NCBI RefSeq assembly: GCF_006345805.1
Contig: NC_043011.1
Coordinates: 12,474,464-12,538,463 of the forward strand
Length of the DNA: 64,000 bases
Reading direction: 5' to 3'
Origin: Octopus sinensis
Taxonomy: Eukaryota
The translations under genes were made by a program, and so were the position numbers. Under the pieces are notes generated by a model that was not told the origin of the DNA, did not search any database, and saw only the letters and a program-made list of their open reading frames with translations. Below are positions 26,560 to 40,351 of the stretch, one piece after another; position 1 is the stretch's first letter, and each line of letters begins with the position of its first letter.

Positions 26560-27790
26560 TATAAATAAGACTCTCATTCCAGCTGGCAAATGGCCCTGTT
26601 CAATATGTAGGAAAGAAGTGGGATGTAATCCCATTCACTACACCATGTGTAAACTATGGATACATAACAGATGCAGTGGACTCATGGGAAGATTATTGGA
26701 TAAAGTTGCTTTCATGTGTGGCAGATGGACAGGAACAGTAAACACTAAGACCACAATGGATTTAAACTCTCTCAAATGCCCAGGAGGCTCTCTTGAGCTA
26801 GTTGATAGTTTCTGCTATTCAGGTGACCAAATTAGTAATGGTGGAGGATGCTCTGAAAGTATTGTTTCTAGGTGCAGGAGAGGCTGTGTGGTAAGTAGCT
26901 TGCTAACCAACCACATGGTTGTGGGTTCAGTCCCACTGCGTGGCATCCTGGGCAAGTGTCTTCTGCTATAGCCCCGGGCCGACCAATGCCTTGTGAGTGG
27001 ATTTGGTAGACGGAAACTGAAAGAAGCCTGTCGTATGTATGTATATATATATGTATGTGTGTGTTTGTGTGTCTGTGTTAGTCCCCCTAGCATTGCTTGA
27101 CAACCGATGCTGGTGTGTTTACGTCTCCGTCACTTAGTGATTTGGCAAAAGAGACCGATAGAATAAGTACTGGGCTTACAAACAATAAGTCCCGGGGTCG
27201 ATTTGCTCAACTAAAGGCGGTGCTCCAGCATGGCCGCAGTCAAATGACTGAAACAACTAAAAGAGTAAAAGAGTCAAGAGTAAGAATAAGAATAGGGTGG
27301 AGGAAGTTCAGAGAACTACTACCCCCGTTGGCAACAAAAGGACTCTCTCTCAGAGTGAAAGGTAGGTTGTATGATGTTTGTGTGAGAACAGCTATATTAC
27401 ATGGTAGTGAGACAAGGGCTCTGACTGTGGAGGACATGCGTAAGCTGGAGAGGAATGAAGGTAGTATGCTTCATTGGACTTGCAACAACAGCGTGCATGA
27501 CCAACAGAGCACGTCTGTGTTAAGGGTAAAGTTAGTCATAAGAAGGATTGAACATGGTATGCAGGAGAGGAGACTGCGTTGGTTTGGACATGTGATGCAT
27601 ATGAGTAAAGACAGCCGTATACAGAAGTGCTTGTTGCTGAAAGTGGATGGTACCTGTGGAAGAGGGAAACCCAAGAAGACATGGGATGAAGTGATGAGGA
27701 CTGATCCTAGGATGTTGGGGCTCACAGACGAAATGACAGTAGACCGAGATGTTTGGTAATATGAGGTCCTAGGGAAGACCCATCCACAAA
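26560..27790 (+). mobile_element. RTE-clade LINE 3' fragment split by a SINE (26870-27272)
   Basis: GKWPCSICRK...WIHNRCSG...VDSFCYSGDQISNGGGCSES [SINE] RIRIGWRKFRELLP...LHGSET...RRLRWFGHVMHM...GRGKPKKTW. Confidence 0.85.
26870..27272 (+). mobile_element. SINE family A inside an RTE fragment
   Basis: Family match; RTE peptide resumes on both sides. Confidence 0.9.
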
Positions 27791-28093
27791 ACTGAGAGCT
27801 AGAAAAGTTGTGTCCCACCCACATGTAACAACACACTTTTCACAAGCTCTACCCTGGGAAATCAAACTACAACTCCTCTTCTAATTGCATTTTCCTCTTC
27901 CTCACATTTCCTCCTCATGACTGTTTTCCAATCCCCTTTCTTACCCTTACTGCTGTGCTCATTGTATCACTGCTCACCCCCCACTCCCACCATGCACACC
28001 TACTCCCTATTTTTCTAACCAAGTTCTATGCTCATACCCTAGCACTACATCATCTCTCTCCTACTCTCTCTCTGACACTTTTGCTGTTTCCTA

Positions 28094-28124
<31 letters not shown>

Positions 28125-29599
28125 CTTTTGGTCACACACACTCTCTCTCTCTCTCTCTCTCTCTCTTTCCTTTTGGTCACTCTCTCTCTCTCCTTCTCAT
28201 GTTTTTCCTCTGACTAGGTAACCAAGTATCACCTTTACACTTGTTTCTGGTTTCTTTCTGTACCCCTCTCTCACTCTCTATCCCCTCCCTCTGTCCCAGT
28301 CTGTCTCTCTCTCTCTCACTGGGTAACCATGTACCTCCTTTATAACAAGCCACCTATTTCTGCCACTCTGTTTCTCTGTCACACTCTAACCTTTCATCAT
28401 TTGATACTGGATCACCTCTTCCAATGTAGTGGCAAGACACCTGCTTCTGTCTCTTTGTCACACTCTAACTTCTATCCTCTGGCACAAATGCCCTGCCTCT
28501 GTTATAATTCATTGTCTTGTGAGTTATTTGGTTACCCTGCCAGTGCTGGTGCCATGTTAAAAGCATCCAGTCCACACTGTAAAGTGGTTGGCATCTGGAA
28601 GGGCATCCAGCTGTAAAAATCTTGCCAAAACTAACCTGCCTGTGCTAGTGTCACATAAAAAATCACTGAGTTCACTATGTTGAGTGGTTGGTGTTAGGAA
28701 GGGCATCCAGCTGTAAAATCCCTGTCAAAACAGACACAATAATCTTGGGTAGATCTTCTACCTGGCCAGGTGCTGTCAACCGTCCTACCCATGCATGAAT
28801 GGAAGATGGCAGAAACGTTAGCATGCCAGGCGAAATGCGTAGCCGTATTTCATCTGTCATTACGTTCTGAGTTCAAATTCCGCTGAAGTCGACTTTGCCT
28901 TTCATCCTTTCGGGGTCGATTAAATAAGTACCAGTTGCACACTGGGATCGATATAATCGACTTAATCCTTTTGTCTGTCCTTGTTTGTCCTCCCTGTGTT
29001 TAGCCCCTTGTGGGTAGTAAAGAAATAGGATGTTAAACGATGATGATGATGATGATGATATACGTGTTTGTGTAATATTTATCATGACGATGAACATTCC
29101 TATTTTTTTAAAATTTTAAATTTGGCTATATAGAACACTTTTGTGTAAGAATTTATGCAAAAATAGAATGACATTTGAAATTACGACATTTCAACTGGTT
29201 TTATGTCACACATCCATTTTAGTTTTGCAACAATGGGTGTATATATCAATAAGTGAATTTCAAATTCAGCTCCTTTCTTCCTGCCGATGGAAATAATACA
29301 GATGCATATATTTTTTACATATCTGCATGTATATGTTTGCAATTATATTTATGTCCTACTGAATTATAAAACTGCATATAAATCTTGTATTCCTCTTTTG
29401 TGTAAGAGATTTGATTCCAAACACATAAAGCACTCTAGTAAACTCTTAGTATCAAAATGCATTTTTGTTGTACCTCAGAAATATTTGTCATTTATATATA
29501 TATATAGTGCCCCAGCATGGCCACAGTCTAATGACTGGAACAAATAAAAGATAATATGATATATATATATATATATAATAATATATATATATATATATT

Positions 29600-31945
29600 A
29601 TATTTCATCATCATCATCATCATCGTTTAATGTCCGTTTTCCGCGCTAGCACGGGTTGGACAGTTCGACCGGGGTTGGGGAGCCAGGGCTTCCCCAGGCT
29701 CCAGTCTGATCTGGCAGTGTTTCTACAGCTGGATGCCCTCCTAAGCCAAACCAACTCCGCTTTTTAGTGCCACCTGCACAGGTGCCAGAGGGGTATGGCA
29801 TCGGCCGACGACGGTTGGTGCTTTTTATGTTGCCACCGGCACAGGAAGCAAGTCAAGGCGGTGGTGGCATCGGCACGTTCGTGATGGTGTTTGATGTGCC
29901 CCGGCACAGAAGCTAATTCGAGGCAGGGTGGGCATCGGTCACGTTCGGGTGGTGGTTTTTATATGCCACCAGCGCAGAAGCCAGTGGAGGGCCGCACTGG
30001 CAACGGCCACCGTTCGGCATGGTCTTTCTTTCATCGTGTCCACCAGCACAGGTCTCACGTAGTTTCCCTCTGATGATTGTTCGATGTTCATGTATGTGCA
30101 CTTGACTCACAGGTCGCATCAAGCACAGCGAGATGTTCCGGGATCCAAGGTACTTTGGATGGGCAGGGGGTATGCGGAAACTGGTGCCGAAGCATCCCGG
30201 GTCTTATTAGTCACAGCACATCTCCAAGATCCTCAGTCCTTCTCGCCATTGCCTCATCTTGAGGCCGCAACGCTCTACGTTCGGATGGTGCTTTTTATGT
30301 GTCACCGGCACAGGTATCACAGCTACTGTTTCCATTGATATTTGGTTCGATGTTCATGTATATGCACTTGACTCAACAGGTCTCCTCAAGCACAGCGAGA
30401 TGTTCCGGGATCCAAGGTACTTTGGATGGGCAGGGGGTATGCGGAACTGGTGCCGGAAGCATCCCGGGTCTTAGTAGTCACAGCACATCTCCAGAGATCT
30501 CAGTCCTTCGCCATTGCCTCAGTGAGGCCCAACGCTCTGAGGTCATGCTTGACTACCTCATCCCATGTCTTCCTGGGTCTACCTCTCCCCCTGATTCCTT
30601 CAACTGTTCGGGAGTGGCACTTCTTCACACATCTCTCCTCATCCATCCACAGTACATGACCATACCATCGCAAGCGTCACTCTTGCACACCGCATCTGAT
30701 GCTTCTTATGCCTAGCATTTCTCTCAGGGTGCTTACACTCTGTTGTGCATTCACACTGACATTACACATCCAGCGGATCATGCTAGCTTCATTTCTTTCA
30801 AGTCTACGCATGTCCTCTGCAGTCACGGCCCATGTTTCACTGCCGTGAAGCATGGCAGTTCGCACACATGCATCATCTGAGTGAGAGACCCTTTGTCACC
30901 AGTAGGGGTAGGAGCTTTCTAAACTTTGCCCAGGCTATTCGTGTTCTCTAGTGACACTCTCTGAGCATCCCACCCCCGCTACTAACTTGGTCACCCAGGT
31001 AGCGGAAACTATCACTACTTAGTTTCTTCTTCCCCCTGGAGTGTGATGGAATCTGTTTTTTAGTGTCTGTGGTGTCTATTGTCCCTGTGCATCTGCCGCA
31101 CATGAAAGCTATCTTATCAGTTAATTTCCCTTTGATGCTTTGCTGCACCTCTATGCGTCCATAGCTTACACTGGGTGCATCTTATGGAGTTTCTCTACCT
31201 ACACACCATTCCTACAGCTCGAGCAGGGCCACCTGCCCGATGGGGTGTGTGCTGAGTTCGCCTTTCTGCATACTATAACTTTGGTCTTCGCTACATTTAC
31301 TCTAAGGCCCTTAGATTCTAACCCTTGTTTCCACACCCGAAATTTCTTTTAGTTCCGGTAGTGATTCTGCTATGAGGGCCAGGTCATCAGCATAGAGGAG
31401 CTCCCAGAGGCAACCTGTTTTGAATTCCTCTGTTATTGCCTGGAGGACTATGATGAAGAATAAAAGGGGACTGAGGGCTGAGCCCTGGTGTACACCTACT
31501 TCTACCCGGAATTCTTCACTATATTCGTTGCCAATCCTAACCTTGCTGACAGCTCTCTCTGTATAGAGCCTGTACAGCCCTTATTAGCCATTCGTCAATC
31601 AACAGTTTCTGCATCGACCACCAGATAAGGGATCGGGGAACCCTGTCAAAGGCTTTCTCTAAGTCCACAAAAGCTATGTAGAGGGGTTATCTTTAGCTAG
31701 GTACTTCTCCTGCAGTTGTCGGACCAGGAATATAGCATCAGTGGTCTTCTACTACCTGGCACAAACCGAACAGGCATCTCGTCTAAGCAAATTCTCTCCC
31801 TAATGAGATGGGTTATGACCATCTCTGTGGTCTTCATCACCTAATCCGACAGTTTAATACCCCTGTAGTTATTTCTATCTAGAGCATCACCCCTTACCCT
31901 TCTTGTGCAGTTGACTATGGTGCTGCTACGCCAGTCATTGGGTGG
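29600..31945 (-). mobile_element. 5'-truncated RTE-clade LINE (RT domain pseudogene plus repeat-rich 3' region)
   Basis: Reverse translation TTDAIFLVRQLQEKYL...VGVHQGSALSPLLF...WELLYADDL (about 31400)...RTAMLHGSETWAVTAEDMRRLERNE; microsatellite tail at 29600; about 180-bp direct repeats at 30083 and 30347. Confidence 0.9.
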
Positions 31946-32349
31946 ACTCCATTATGATATATATTATTGTGAATGAACACAGAAAATATTTTTTAAACTG
32001 CTAATAGTTTCATGCAATGAAAACAACACAGTGACATGGATAAAAACACCGGAAAATGAAAGGAAAAGAGAAAAAGGCAAAATAAAAGGAAAAAGGGGTA
32101 ATTAGAGTTATGTCTCCTTTGACTGTAAAGCCACACATAATAAGGCTGAATGGATAGAGGTCAAGAGTCTGCAGTACAGTCGCTCAATCAGGAGAGGGTG
32201 GTATTTTCCAATTTGCCAACAGGAACTTATCCATATATTTACATCTACTGAAAATTTCAGATTTGGAATTCAGCAGTGCGGTGAAGTTCTTAGATCTGAA
32301 AAGAATCTGCTACCTTTCAGTTAAGCATACCTTGCATTTTTTTATCCAT

Positions 32350-33000
32350 TAACATATGGCATGGATTTTTCAACTATTTTTCACTTGATTCTATGTGGTG
32401 GGGCATTAGACTTCAACCTCCATACATGGTAAGTCAACATATTGGCTTTACTTTTGTCCCTGTACCTGAAGAAAGATATGTGGTTAGCACAGCAATTTTT
32501 GAAGTCACTTTCACATAACCTGATGTAACTCTTCTTTACAGTTCTGTTATCAACTAACATTGCTGTAACTTCTGCCTCATATACGATAGCTTTAATCATG
32601 CAGCCCTTGTCGAGTCCTTGGTCTTGACAGTTACAACTTGGGTAAGGTCTTGGTGGTGTTTGCATGCAATGATGCTCTCCATATTGGGGAAGCAGCTATA
32701 TGATAATTTAATAGAGTGTATGTTGAATATTTTTATGTACCTGTGATCTAAGGGGAAATGATTATCTAAGAGAGAAAGGAATTCTTTACCTATGCTGGTT
32801 TTTAACACTTAGGAAAGGATGGTGGGTGAACCAAATTATTCTCTTACGTCTATTTTAATTATTTGGACTAGACCGAGAGAGGTTGTAAAGTAATCTATCT
32901 TTAAAGCTACTGTTGGGTAGGGTATAGTTGTAGCAGGGACACAGATTCAGATAAATGATGGCTGTGGTTACAAAAGAGCAATCTAGAACCTGAAACAGAG
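32350..33000 (-). mobile_element. Penelope-like retroelement fragment (linker + GIY-YIG)
   Basis: ORFs 32596-32808 (GKEFLSLLDNHFP...IKLSYSCFPNM) and 32381-32665 (CNC...C...AIVYEAEV...SYIRLCESDFK...NH...YHVWRLK). Confidence 0.8.
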
Positions 33001-33831
33001 GCTTTGATATATGTAGCACATATCAAGGTTTCTGAAGCGAGACTGATGATGCTTGGAAAACTAGAGCTTGCTGTTCTTGTTGCTGCCTCGGCTACTTGAT
33101 GTTGCTTTGCTTTTTTGTCTTCTGGCCTAGTCTTTCAAAGTTCTCACCACATGTTGCCCCTTGTTAACCCTCCTTTAAGTACCTGTCCATACTACAGAAG
33201 TACAGAGGTAACAATCAACCACAGATCAACACTGTTTTCAATGCCTCTTATAATCACCAATCTATTTGTTTGTTCCGTATACTGGGTAACAAGTGTAAGG
33301 TTCTGTTTTAGCTGAGTCTTTGGTTTTCAATATGCAACAAACAATTCTATACCCTTTTGACTGAGATAATTTATCCCAAGATATCATCAAATACTTATTG
33401 TAATTTTCACTTCAATGCTAATTCTAATTCAGTACCATCCTTTCTAGAACACATGTATAATTTTTTCTTTGATCTTTCTCGGATCACATCTTGTAGCAAA
33501 GAAAGTATCTAGGTTTACAAAATTCTCTTTACTTTTTTTGGGGACCTGTGATAAATCTATACATTCTATTTGTGTAATATATCCACTATATGAATGATTT
33601 AAAATCACTGACTGTGTGAGTGTTGCTGTTGTTGTTGTTGTTATTATAGCCATCTTCAAGACTATCTGTTTGACAGATCAATTTTTTCAATGAATTGTTC
33701 AATAAAATGCTAATTTTTTTTTCTTCTTTTTGTTTATTTCATAATTTGTATCTTTTTTTCTTTTTTGTCTTTTCCATATTATTTGCCGTTGCAATATTCT
33801 GTCTCATACAATGCTGCTGTCTGAGCCATTT

Positions 33832-33906
33832 TGTGGCAAAAATGTGGAAAATGTGGCAAAAAAATGTGGAAAATGTGGCAAAAAAATGTGGAAAATGTGG
33901 CAAAAA
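33832..33906. repeat. 24-bp minisatellite, three copies
   Basis: aaaaatgtggaaaatgtggcaaaa repeated. Confidence 0.9.
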
Positions 33907-34863
33907 CATGGTTAACTGAGTTTGCCAAGAATATCTCAGAGAGAGAAGAAACATGCCTTCACACCATGAGAGTCATAAAAATAATATTTTTTTTTATGCA
34001 ATTTATAATAATATGAACAACAACAGTAATAAAAGGATTTTAAAATATGCCAAACATATAGAGAGTAGCACTACAGAGCATTTTGCCCATATTATGTAGA
34101 TGATCAAAACAATAAGACAAACAGAGAACATATCCTAAGCATACAAGCTTTACTCAGGAGGGTAGTGAAAGCATTAAAAAAGAAATCTGAATAATAAAAA
34201 GTTATTTTAGTGACCACAAGGACTAGAAATCTTGTGACCAATAAATTGAAAGAAATGGTACGGGATCTACATCAAATAAAAGAGTTCAACACAAAAGATA
34301 CATAAATAGACAAAGAGAAATAGAACAGTAGAGAAGAGAAATAATTAGAAATAGCTAGAAAAGAACTAGAAACAATAGATTGTCTTCATAAGCGTTGAAG
34401 TTCACCACCTCCAGGTCATTATTCCGCATGAACAGTTTAGCAAAGAGTCAGTGAAAGTCCGCACCAATATACTGGAATTGGATAGCACTTGCCTGCTGCA
34501 GTCTGCTAAAAATTGGGAGTCCCATCAAACAACATTTACTCCCCTTTTTTTTTTTTTTTGAGTTCACAATGATAATTAGCATACATGTGATATGTGATTT
34601 ATAATGAAAAATAATTGTTGCTGATTTAGGCACAAGGCCAGCAATTTTGAGAGGAGCAGATTAGTCAATACCACCAAGCCCAGCCTTTGTACCAGTCTTT
34701 GACTGGTATTTCAATTTATGGACCCCAGAAGGATGAAAAGCAAAGTTGGCCTAAGAATGGAAAGTACCAGAACAAATACTAGAAAGCATTTGCCTGGCAC
34801 ACTAATTATTCTGCCAATCCAACAACATTTTTCTGGTGATAGATTGGCAGAAGCTGCAAATCC

Positions 34864-34881
34864 ATTATTATTATTATTATA

Positions 34882-34928
<47 letters not shown>

Positions 34929-34957
34929 CATTATTATTATTAATAATAATAATAATG

Positions 34958-34990
<33 letters not shown>

Positions 34991-35015
34991 TAATAATAAT
35001 AATAATAATAATAAT
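34864..35015. repeat. Head-to-head (ATT)n/(AAT)n palindromic microsatellite
   Basis: About 75 nt of ATT then about 75 nt of AAT. Confidence 0.9.
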
Positions 35016-35216
35016 GAATGATTTCTTTTATTAGCCACAAAGGCAATGACAATAATAATAGTGTACATACTATATGCAATTTACTAAATTGGTATGTACA
35101 TACTATACAATGTGTTATGTTCAACTTTTATAAGAAATATTGATAAAAAAAAACTGAAATTGATTGGACATTTAAAACAGTAAAAGACAATGAAGTTATT
35201 TAATACATTTACTTAC

Positions 35217-35393
35217 AATTCACTGGCTATAGAGGAGTTTCTTGAATTTGATTTTGGAGACAGTTCATAGTCACTATCGGATCTATAAAGAAATGATTCT
35301 CGTCGCTGAGGTAAATTTTGTAATATTAATCCTGATGAAGGACTCATTTCCAAGGGACTACGGCCTGGTGCCTGACCATTTTCCACATCAAAA
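35217..35393 (-). CDS. PDE4: Internal coding exon of a PDE4/dunce-family cAMP-specific phosphodiesterase (UCR1 region, long isoforms)
   Basis: Reverse strand: poly-T tract + CAG acceptor (35394-35420), 177 nt = 1 nt + 58 codons + 2 nt, GTAAGT donor (35211-35216). Translation [58 protein letters not shown] matches the PDE4 UCR1 hallmark (FDVENG...[13 protein letters not shown]...SRNSSIAS) including the PKA site. The phase 2-2 structure fits the exon as recalled for other PDE4 genes. Confidence 0.96.
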
Positions 35394-37789
35394 CTGTAAA
35401 AAAAAAAAAAAAAAAAGAATTCACTATTATACTTAATTTATACATCGTAATAAATATGTAATCAATTTATACATCATAATAAATATGTAATCAATATCAA
35501 GGACACATTTTAGAGTAAAGTTGCAGACAAATATAAGGCCACTACTTGGCATCTACTTTCTTTTATGTAATCGTACTTACCTAATTTACTATATGAAACC
35601 AAAAAATAGTTTTACTCAAATGGGATTAAATGACATTTCAAATTTAAATGGAAGGAAACAGTAAAGATGAATTGCGAACCAGAATGTTATTTCATTTATA
35701 AAATATTTAGGTTTGATGAAAATAATTTACAGTACAGTTTTTTAGTTGATTATAGTTTAGTATAGTTCAAGTCAATGAACCAAAACAAGCAATGAAATCA
35801 CATTTAAATCAGACTTTATCATGTAACAGGATAATGTAGTCCTGGATTCACTGTCCAAAAGAAATGGATGTGATGGTGGGAACTCATATATTCATAGGTC
35901 TGCCCAGCCAGGGTTGACCTGAGCTTTTTCTATGAATACATGGAATATTTTTAATAGCTGTTTTCCAGTGGCATGAGTTAGTAGAGTATATCAGCTTCAT
36001 TTTGACAACTCATTTTTGAAACCCAATATCCTGAGATCAGATCTCACCACTCCTCTTATTTTTCTTGATTTTCTCCTATTCCCTGGCAACTTGCTTTTCT
36101 CTTGTCTCTCTCTGGCAACACACATCACTTCTCTTTTTCACGCACTGATCATTCATATCAGATGTCTATATCAGTGCAAACATCTTCTTTTCATGCATTG
36201 GTAAATCCTTTTAATGTCAACTCACTCCTTCATTTCATTTGTGTTCTACCTTCATTACAGATTAACATTACACATGCAACACTTGCCTCACTTCTCTCCA
36301 GCATCCTCACATCTTCCATACTCAATGTCTTGGTCTTGTTGATATAATCAGAATTGGATAACTTAATAGTTCCAGCAAGTTTAGTTACTGAAAGATTTCA
36401 TCTCCTATCCACATCTACCTAAATGTTACAAGCATTTTCCAAAAATTGTATTCTGCTTATCCAAGACCCTGAAACAGTGAAGATCACTAAGTGAAAAGGA
36501 ATTGTTCGCAATTTCTTGTTGGATGTAAATGCTTCCACCAGAATAGGGCATGCAGGATCTGCACAAATATATCTAAAACCAGTAAAACTCCTAAACATAC
36601 ATTCTGAAAGTTATAATAATTGGCCATCAGTCAAACTCATATTGTAATGATTTGGATTCTTTTGAAGATGGAAGAGTTTATTACATCCAACCAACTTATA
36701 GATATGAAAAATTGTTTTCTGTCATCTAGCTATGATGAAAACTAAATGGGAAGCCATCTTTCACCAAATATATCTGTGAATATGATTAAGACTTTGAAAA
36801 AATTGTATTTGTTCTCAGCTAAAAAATAACCTGTAAAAAGATTGTAGCCACCATATTGAGTAAAGTTTTAATTTTTTCCTAACGAGATATGCTTTTTCTT
36901 CTTCATATGTACATCATCATCATCATCGTTTAACGTCCGCTTTCCATGCTAGCATGGGTTGGACGATTTTGACTGAGGACTGGTGAACCAGATGGCTGCA
37001 CCAGACTCCAATCTTGATCTGGCAGAGTTTCTACAGCTTGATGCCCTTCTTAACACCAACCACTCCGAGAGTGTAGTGGGTGCTTTTTATGTACCACCGG
37101 CATGGGGGCCAGTCAGGTGGTACTGGCAATGACCTCGCTCAAATCTTTTACATGTGCCACTGGCACAGGTGCCAGTGAAGCGACGTTGGTAATGATCATG
37201 CTCAAATGGTGCTCTTTTACGTGCCAGGGGTAAGGAAGCCAGTTGGCTGCTCTAGCAACGATCATGCTCGGATGGTGCTTTTGGCACCCTACTAGCACAG
37301 GCATAAGTGCCAGTAGAATTAATTGTAATTTTAATTTGATAAAACACAACAATGGAAACCATTAAGGAAAGAGATGTCAATGAATTTAAATGCAGGCAAC
37401 TCATGAGCTGATATCAAAGCAGAATGACCAGTTGAGAAAAAGATTAGCAATTTTTGTATCAATTATAAAAAAAAACAATGAGTAACATAATCAAAAGGTG
37501 AACTGAAGAAGGGCATTGCTAAGTGAAGAAGAGATCTGGGGTTGTGGAAAGTTTTTGTGAAGACAAAGAGAGCAGTTATGATGGAAGTTATTAAAATAAA
37601 TGTGTAACTGTTAGAAAAGTTACAAATACAATCTTATAACTCTGCTTATCACTCCATTACTTAGCCTGTGTGTAATACTTTCACATGATTAGTTGAAAGG
37701 AAAGGTGAAGAGCGAGAGAAGAAGAGAGAGAAAGAAAATAAGGAGAGAGAAAAAGAGAGAGAGAGAAGCGTCCATGATGTGAGGTGACC

Positions 37790-38095
37790 TCCTTCGGTCA
37801 TGACTGACCATGGAATTGCACCTAGTAAGTTACCCTCCGAGGCACAAGTCTGGGCAATGTTGTTTATGGAAGACCAGCAGTCGCCCACACATACCAGCCT
37901 CCTCTCTCCACGCCACCAATGTTATCCAAGGGAAAGGCAAAGGCCGATACAGCTTGGCACCAGTGACGTCGCATCTCATTTATTAACGTGCAAGTGGCTG
38001 AGCACTCCACAGACATGTGTACCCTTAACGTAGTTCTTGGGGAGATTCAGCATGACACAAAGTGTGACAAGGCTGGCCCCTTTGAAATACAGGTA
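37790..38095 (-). mobile_element. SINE family C (head ggcgcatggctcagtggttagagc)
   Basis: Matches the 48336 and 49959 copies. Confidence 0.8.
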
Positions 38096-38673
38096 CAACA
38101 GGAACAGGAAGAAAGAGTGAGAGACAGTTGTGGTGAAAGAGTACAGCACCACCACCCGCTGCCGGAGCCTCGTGGAGCTTTAGGTGTTTTTGCTCAATAA
38201 ACACTCACAATGCCTGGTCTGGGAAATGAAACCGCGATCCTCCAACCACGAGTCCGCTGCCCTAACCACTGGGTAGAGAGAACATAATTGTAGTGCTTTC
38301 AAGTGATTAGCTGAAAGGAAAGAGAGAACAAGAGGGAGGAAGAAAATGGAGAGAGAAAGAGAGGATAAGGTGCAGAGTGAGATAGAAAGAGGGAGAAAGA
38401 AAAAGGAGAGAGAAAAGACAGAGAGAGAAGCATCCATAACGTGTGGTAGGGGGAATGTAATAGTTATTACATGGTTAAAAATTAGTTGAAGGTAGTGATA
38501 TGGAGAAGTACCAGTTACGCACTGGGATCGATGTAATTGACTTAATCTGTTTGTCTGTCCTTGTTTGTCCCCTCTATGTTTAGCCCCTTGTGGGTAGTAA
38601 AAAATTAGGTAGTGATATGGAGTTAGAAATATAATTTTAGTAAAGGGGTGATGTACTGATGGAAAGGTTAAAG

Positions 38674-38728
<55 letters not shown>

Positions 38729-39343
38729 AGGAGAGAGAGAGAGAGTGAGAGAGAGAGAGGAGAGAGAGAGGAAGGTGAGGGTGGAGAGAGAGAGGGGAAG
38801 ATAGACAGATGATGATGATGGTGGTGGTGGTGGTGGTGGTGTTGGTGGAGGTGGTGGTGGAGAGTGAAAAGTATTTTTCTTATAATTGAGCTAAGTTTTT
38901 TTCATATCACCTCTTATTTAATGCATGCAGATAAGTGCAATTCTGCGACATATTCAAGCTTATTTACATGGCAGATATATGCAATTTAACTATAGGTTGT
39001 ATCATATGCATGACAATTTTTTTTTATGAGGAAAGTGGAAAAATAAGAGTAACTATTCATTTTATGAGTGCTGTGCATTAAGTCTATAAAATTGTGCATA
39101 AAGTATATAAAGTGCATTAATTATCGTATTTCGATTTCTTTCACTTTCCAATGAGTAGCAGAAGAGTGACTATCTTTCCATTCAGACATATACGCATATG
39201 TCAGACACATTCAGACATATTCAGCATAACACAGGCTATGCTTTCAGAGATTTTGGATAAAATTTTCAGAAATAACCCAAAAGGTTTACCATTAATTCCA
39301 TGAAATATTTATGGGTTCCACTACTTATACATAAATGTATATA

Positions 39344-39381
<38 letters not shown>

Positions 39382-39449
39382 TAAAAATGGTAAGATAACA
39401 AAAGAAAGAAAGAGACCTCAATATTATGTAAATATAGGAAATTTATCAC

Positions 39450-39720
39450 TAAAATAATATGTGACAATTATTCAATAGCCAAGATAAAACTCTAAGTTTC
39501 GGATGCCGAGGTGGAAATCCACAACACCATCTCTTCGGTTATCTGGCCATCTGAAAAACGCTATGAAAATTACTTTCTAATTCCCTTGTATAACAGTCTT
39601 TTTTCATAGCGTTTTTCAGATGGCCAGATAACCGAAGAGATGGTGTTGTGGATTTCCACCTCAGCATCCGAAACTTAGAGTTTTATCTTGGCTATTGAAT
39701 AATTGTCACATATTATTTTA
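39450..39720. repeat. Near-perfect fold-back: 120-bp arms, 31-nt spacer
   Basis: Arms 39450-39569 and 39601-39720 differ at one position (C/T at a CpG); bracketed by (TA)n tracts. Confidence 0.95.
39623..39692 (+). ncRNA. Hammerhead-like motif (CCGAAGA variant) in the right arm of a 120-bp fold-back; mirror copy on minus strand at about 39478-39547
   Basis: GCCAGATAA-CCGAAGA-GATG...CATC C-GAAA-CTTAGAG-TT-TTATCTTGGC. Stem I 9 bp with one bulge; core deviates (U4C, extra C). Confidence 0.5.
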
Positions 39721-39721
39721 C

Positions 39722-39779
<58 letters not shown>

Positions 39780-39864
39780 TGTATATATATACATGTATGT
39801 GTGTGTAATATATAAAGTAGATATAAACATGATTAATTTAGTTACTTCTCTGTAGATTGAAAAA

Positions 39865-40335
39865 TTGATAAGCAATCCAAATCAATTTTTTAAAATCTCA
39901 TTGGATTCTCATCAAAGGCATCTACTGGAGAAATATAAGCAGCCAATAAGTAGCTACAGAGAAGTGGAACTTTTAATTTGCATACTATATTTAATATCAG
40001 AGGTCTGTCAATGGAGATCTCAGTCTACACAGTATCAAGGTATGATATAATAATATATGTAAACCTATAAGGTAGATATATAAACAGGGCTAATTTAGTT
40101 ATTTTGCCATAAACTGGAAAAAAGGATTAACAACCTTAATCAGTTTTTAAATCTTATTGGATTCTTGACAGAGGCATCTACATCAGTGTGACCAACCCTA
40201 CAGAAACAACCAGAAATCTGTTTATATATTCTACAATTACAGTATCTATAGAAAACTGGAGTTACTAATTTGCATAACTTTACTTAATATCAGGGGTCTG
40301 TCAATATGGATCTCAGTCCACACAGTATCAAGGTA
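39865..40335 (+). mobile_element. Two diverged direct copies of a probable Penelope RT fragment
   Basis: About 180-bp repeats at 39875-40065 and 40135-40335; GLSMGS-like motif (ggtctgtcaatgg...atctcagtc). Confidence 0.4.
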
Positions 40336-40351
40336 TATATATATATAAATT

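Noticed and set aside
35568-35600. Strong AG|GTAAGT donor just upstream of the UCR1 exon
   Set aside because: Stops precede it in the required phase; no plausible coding exon.
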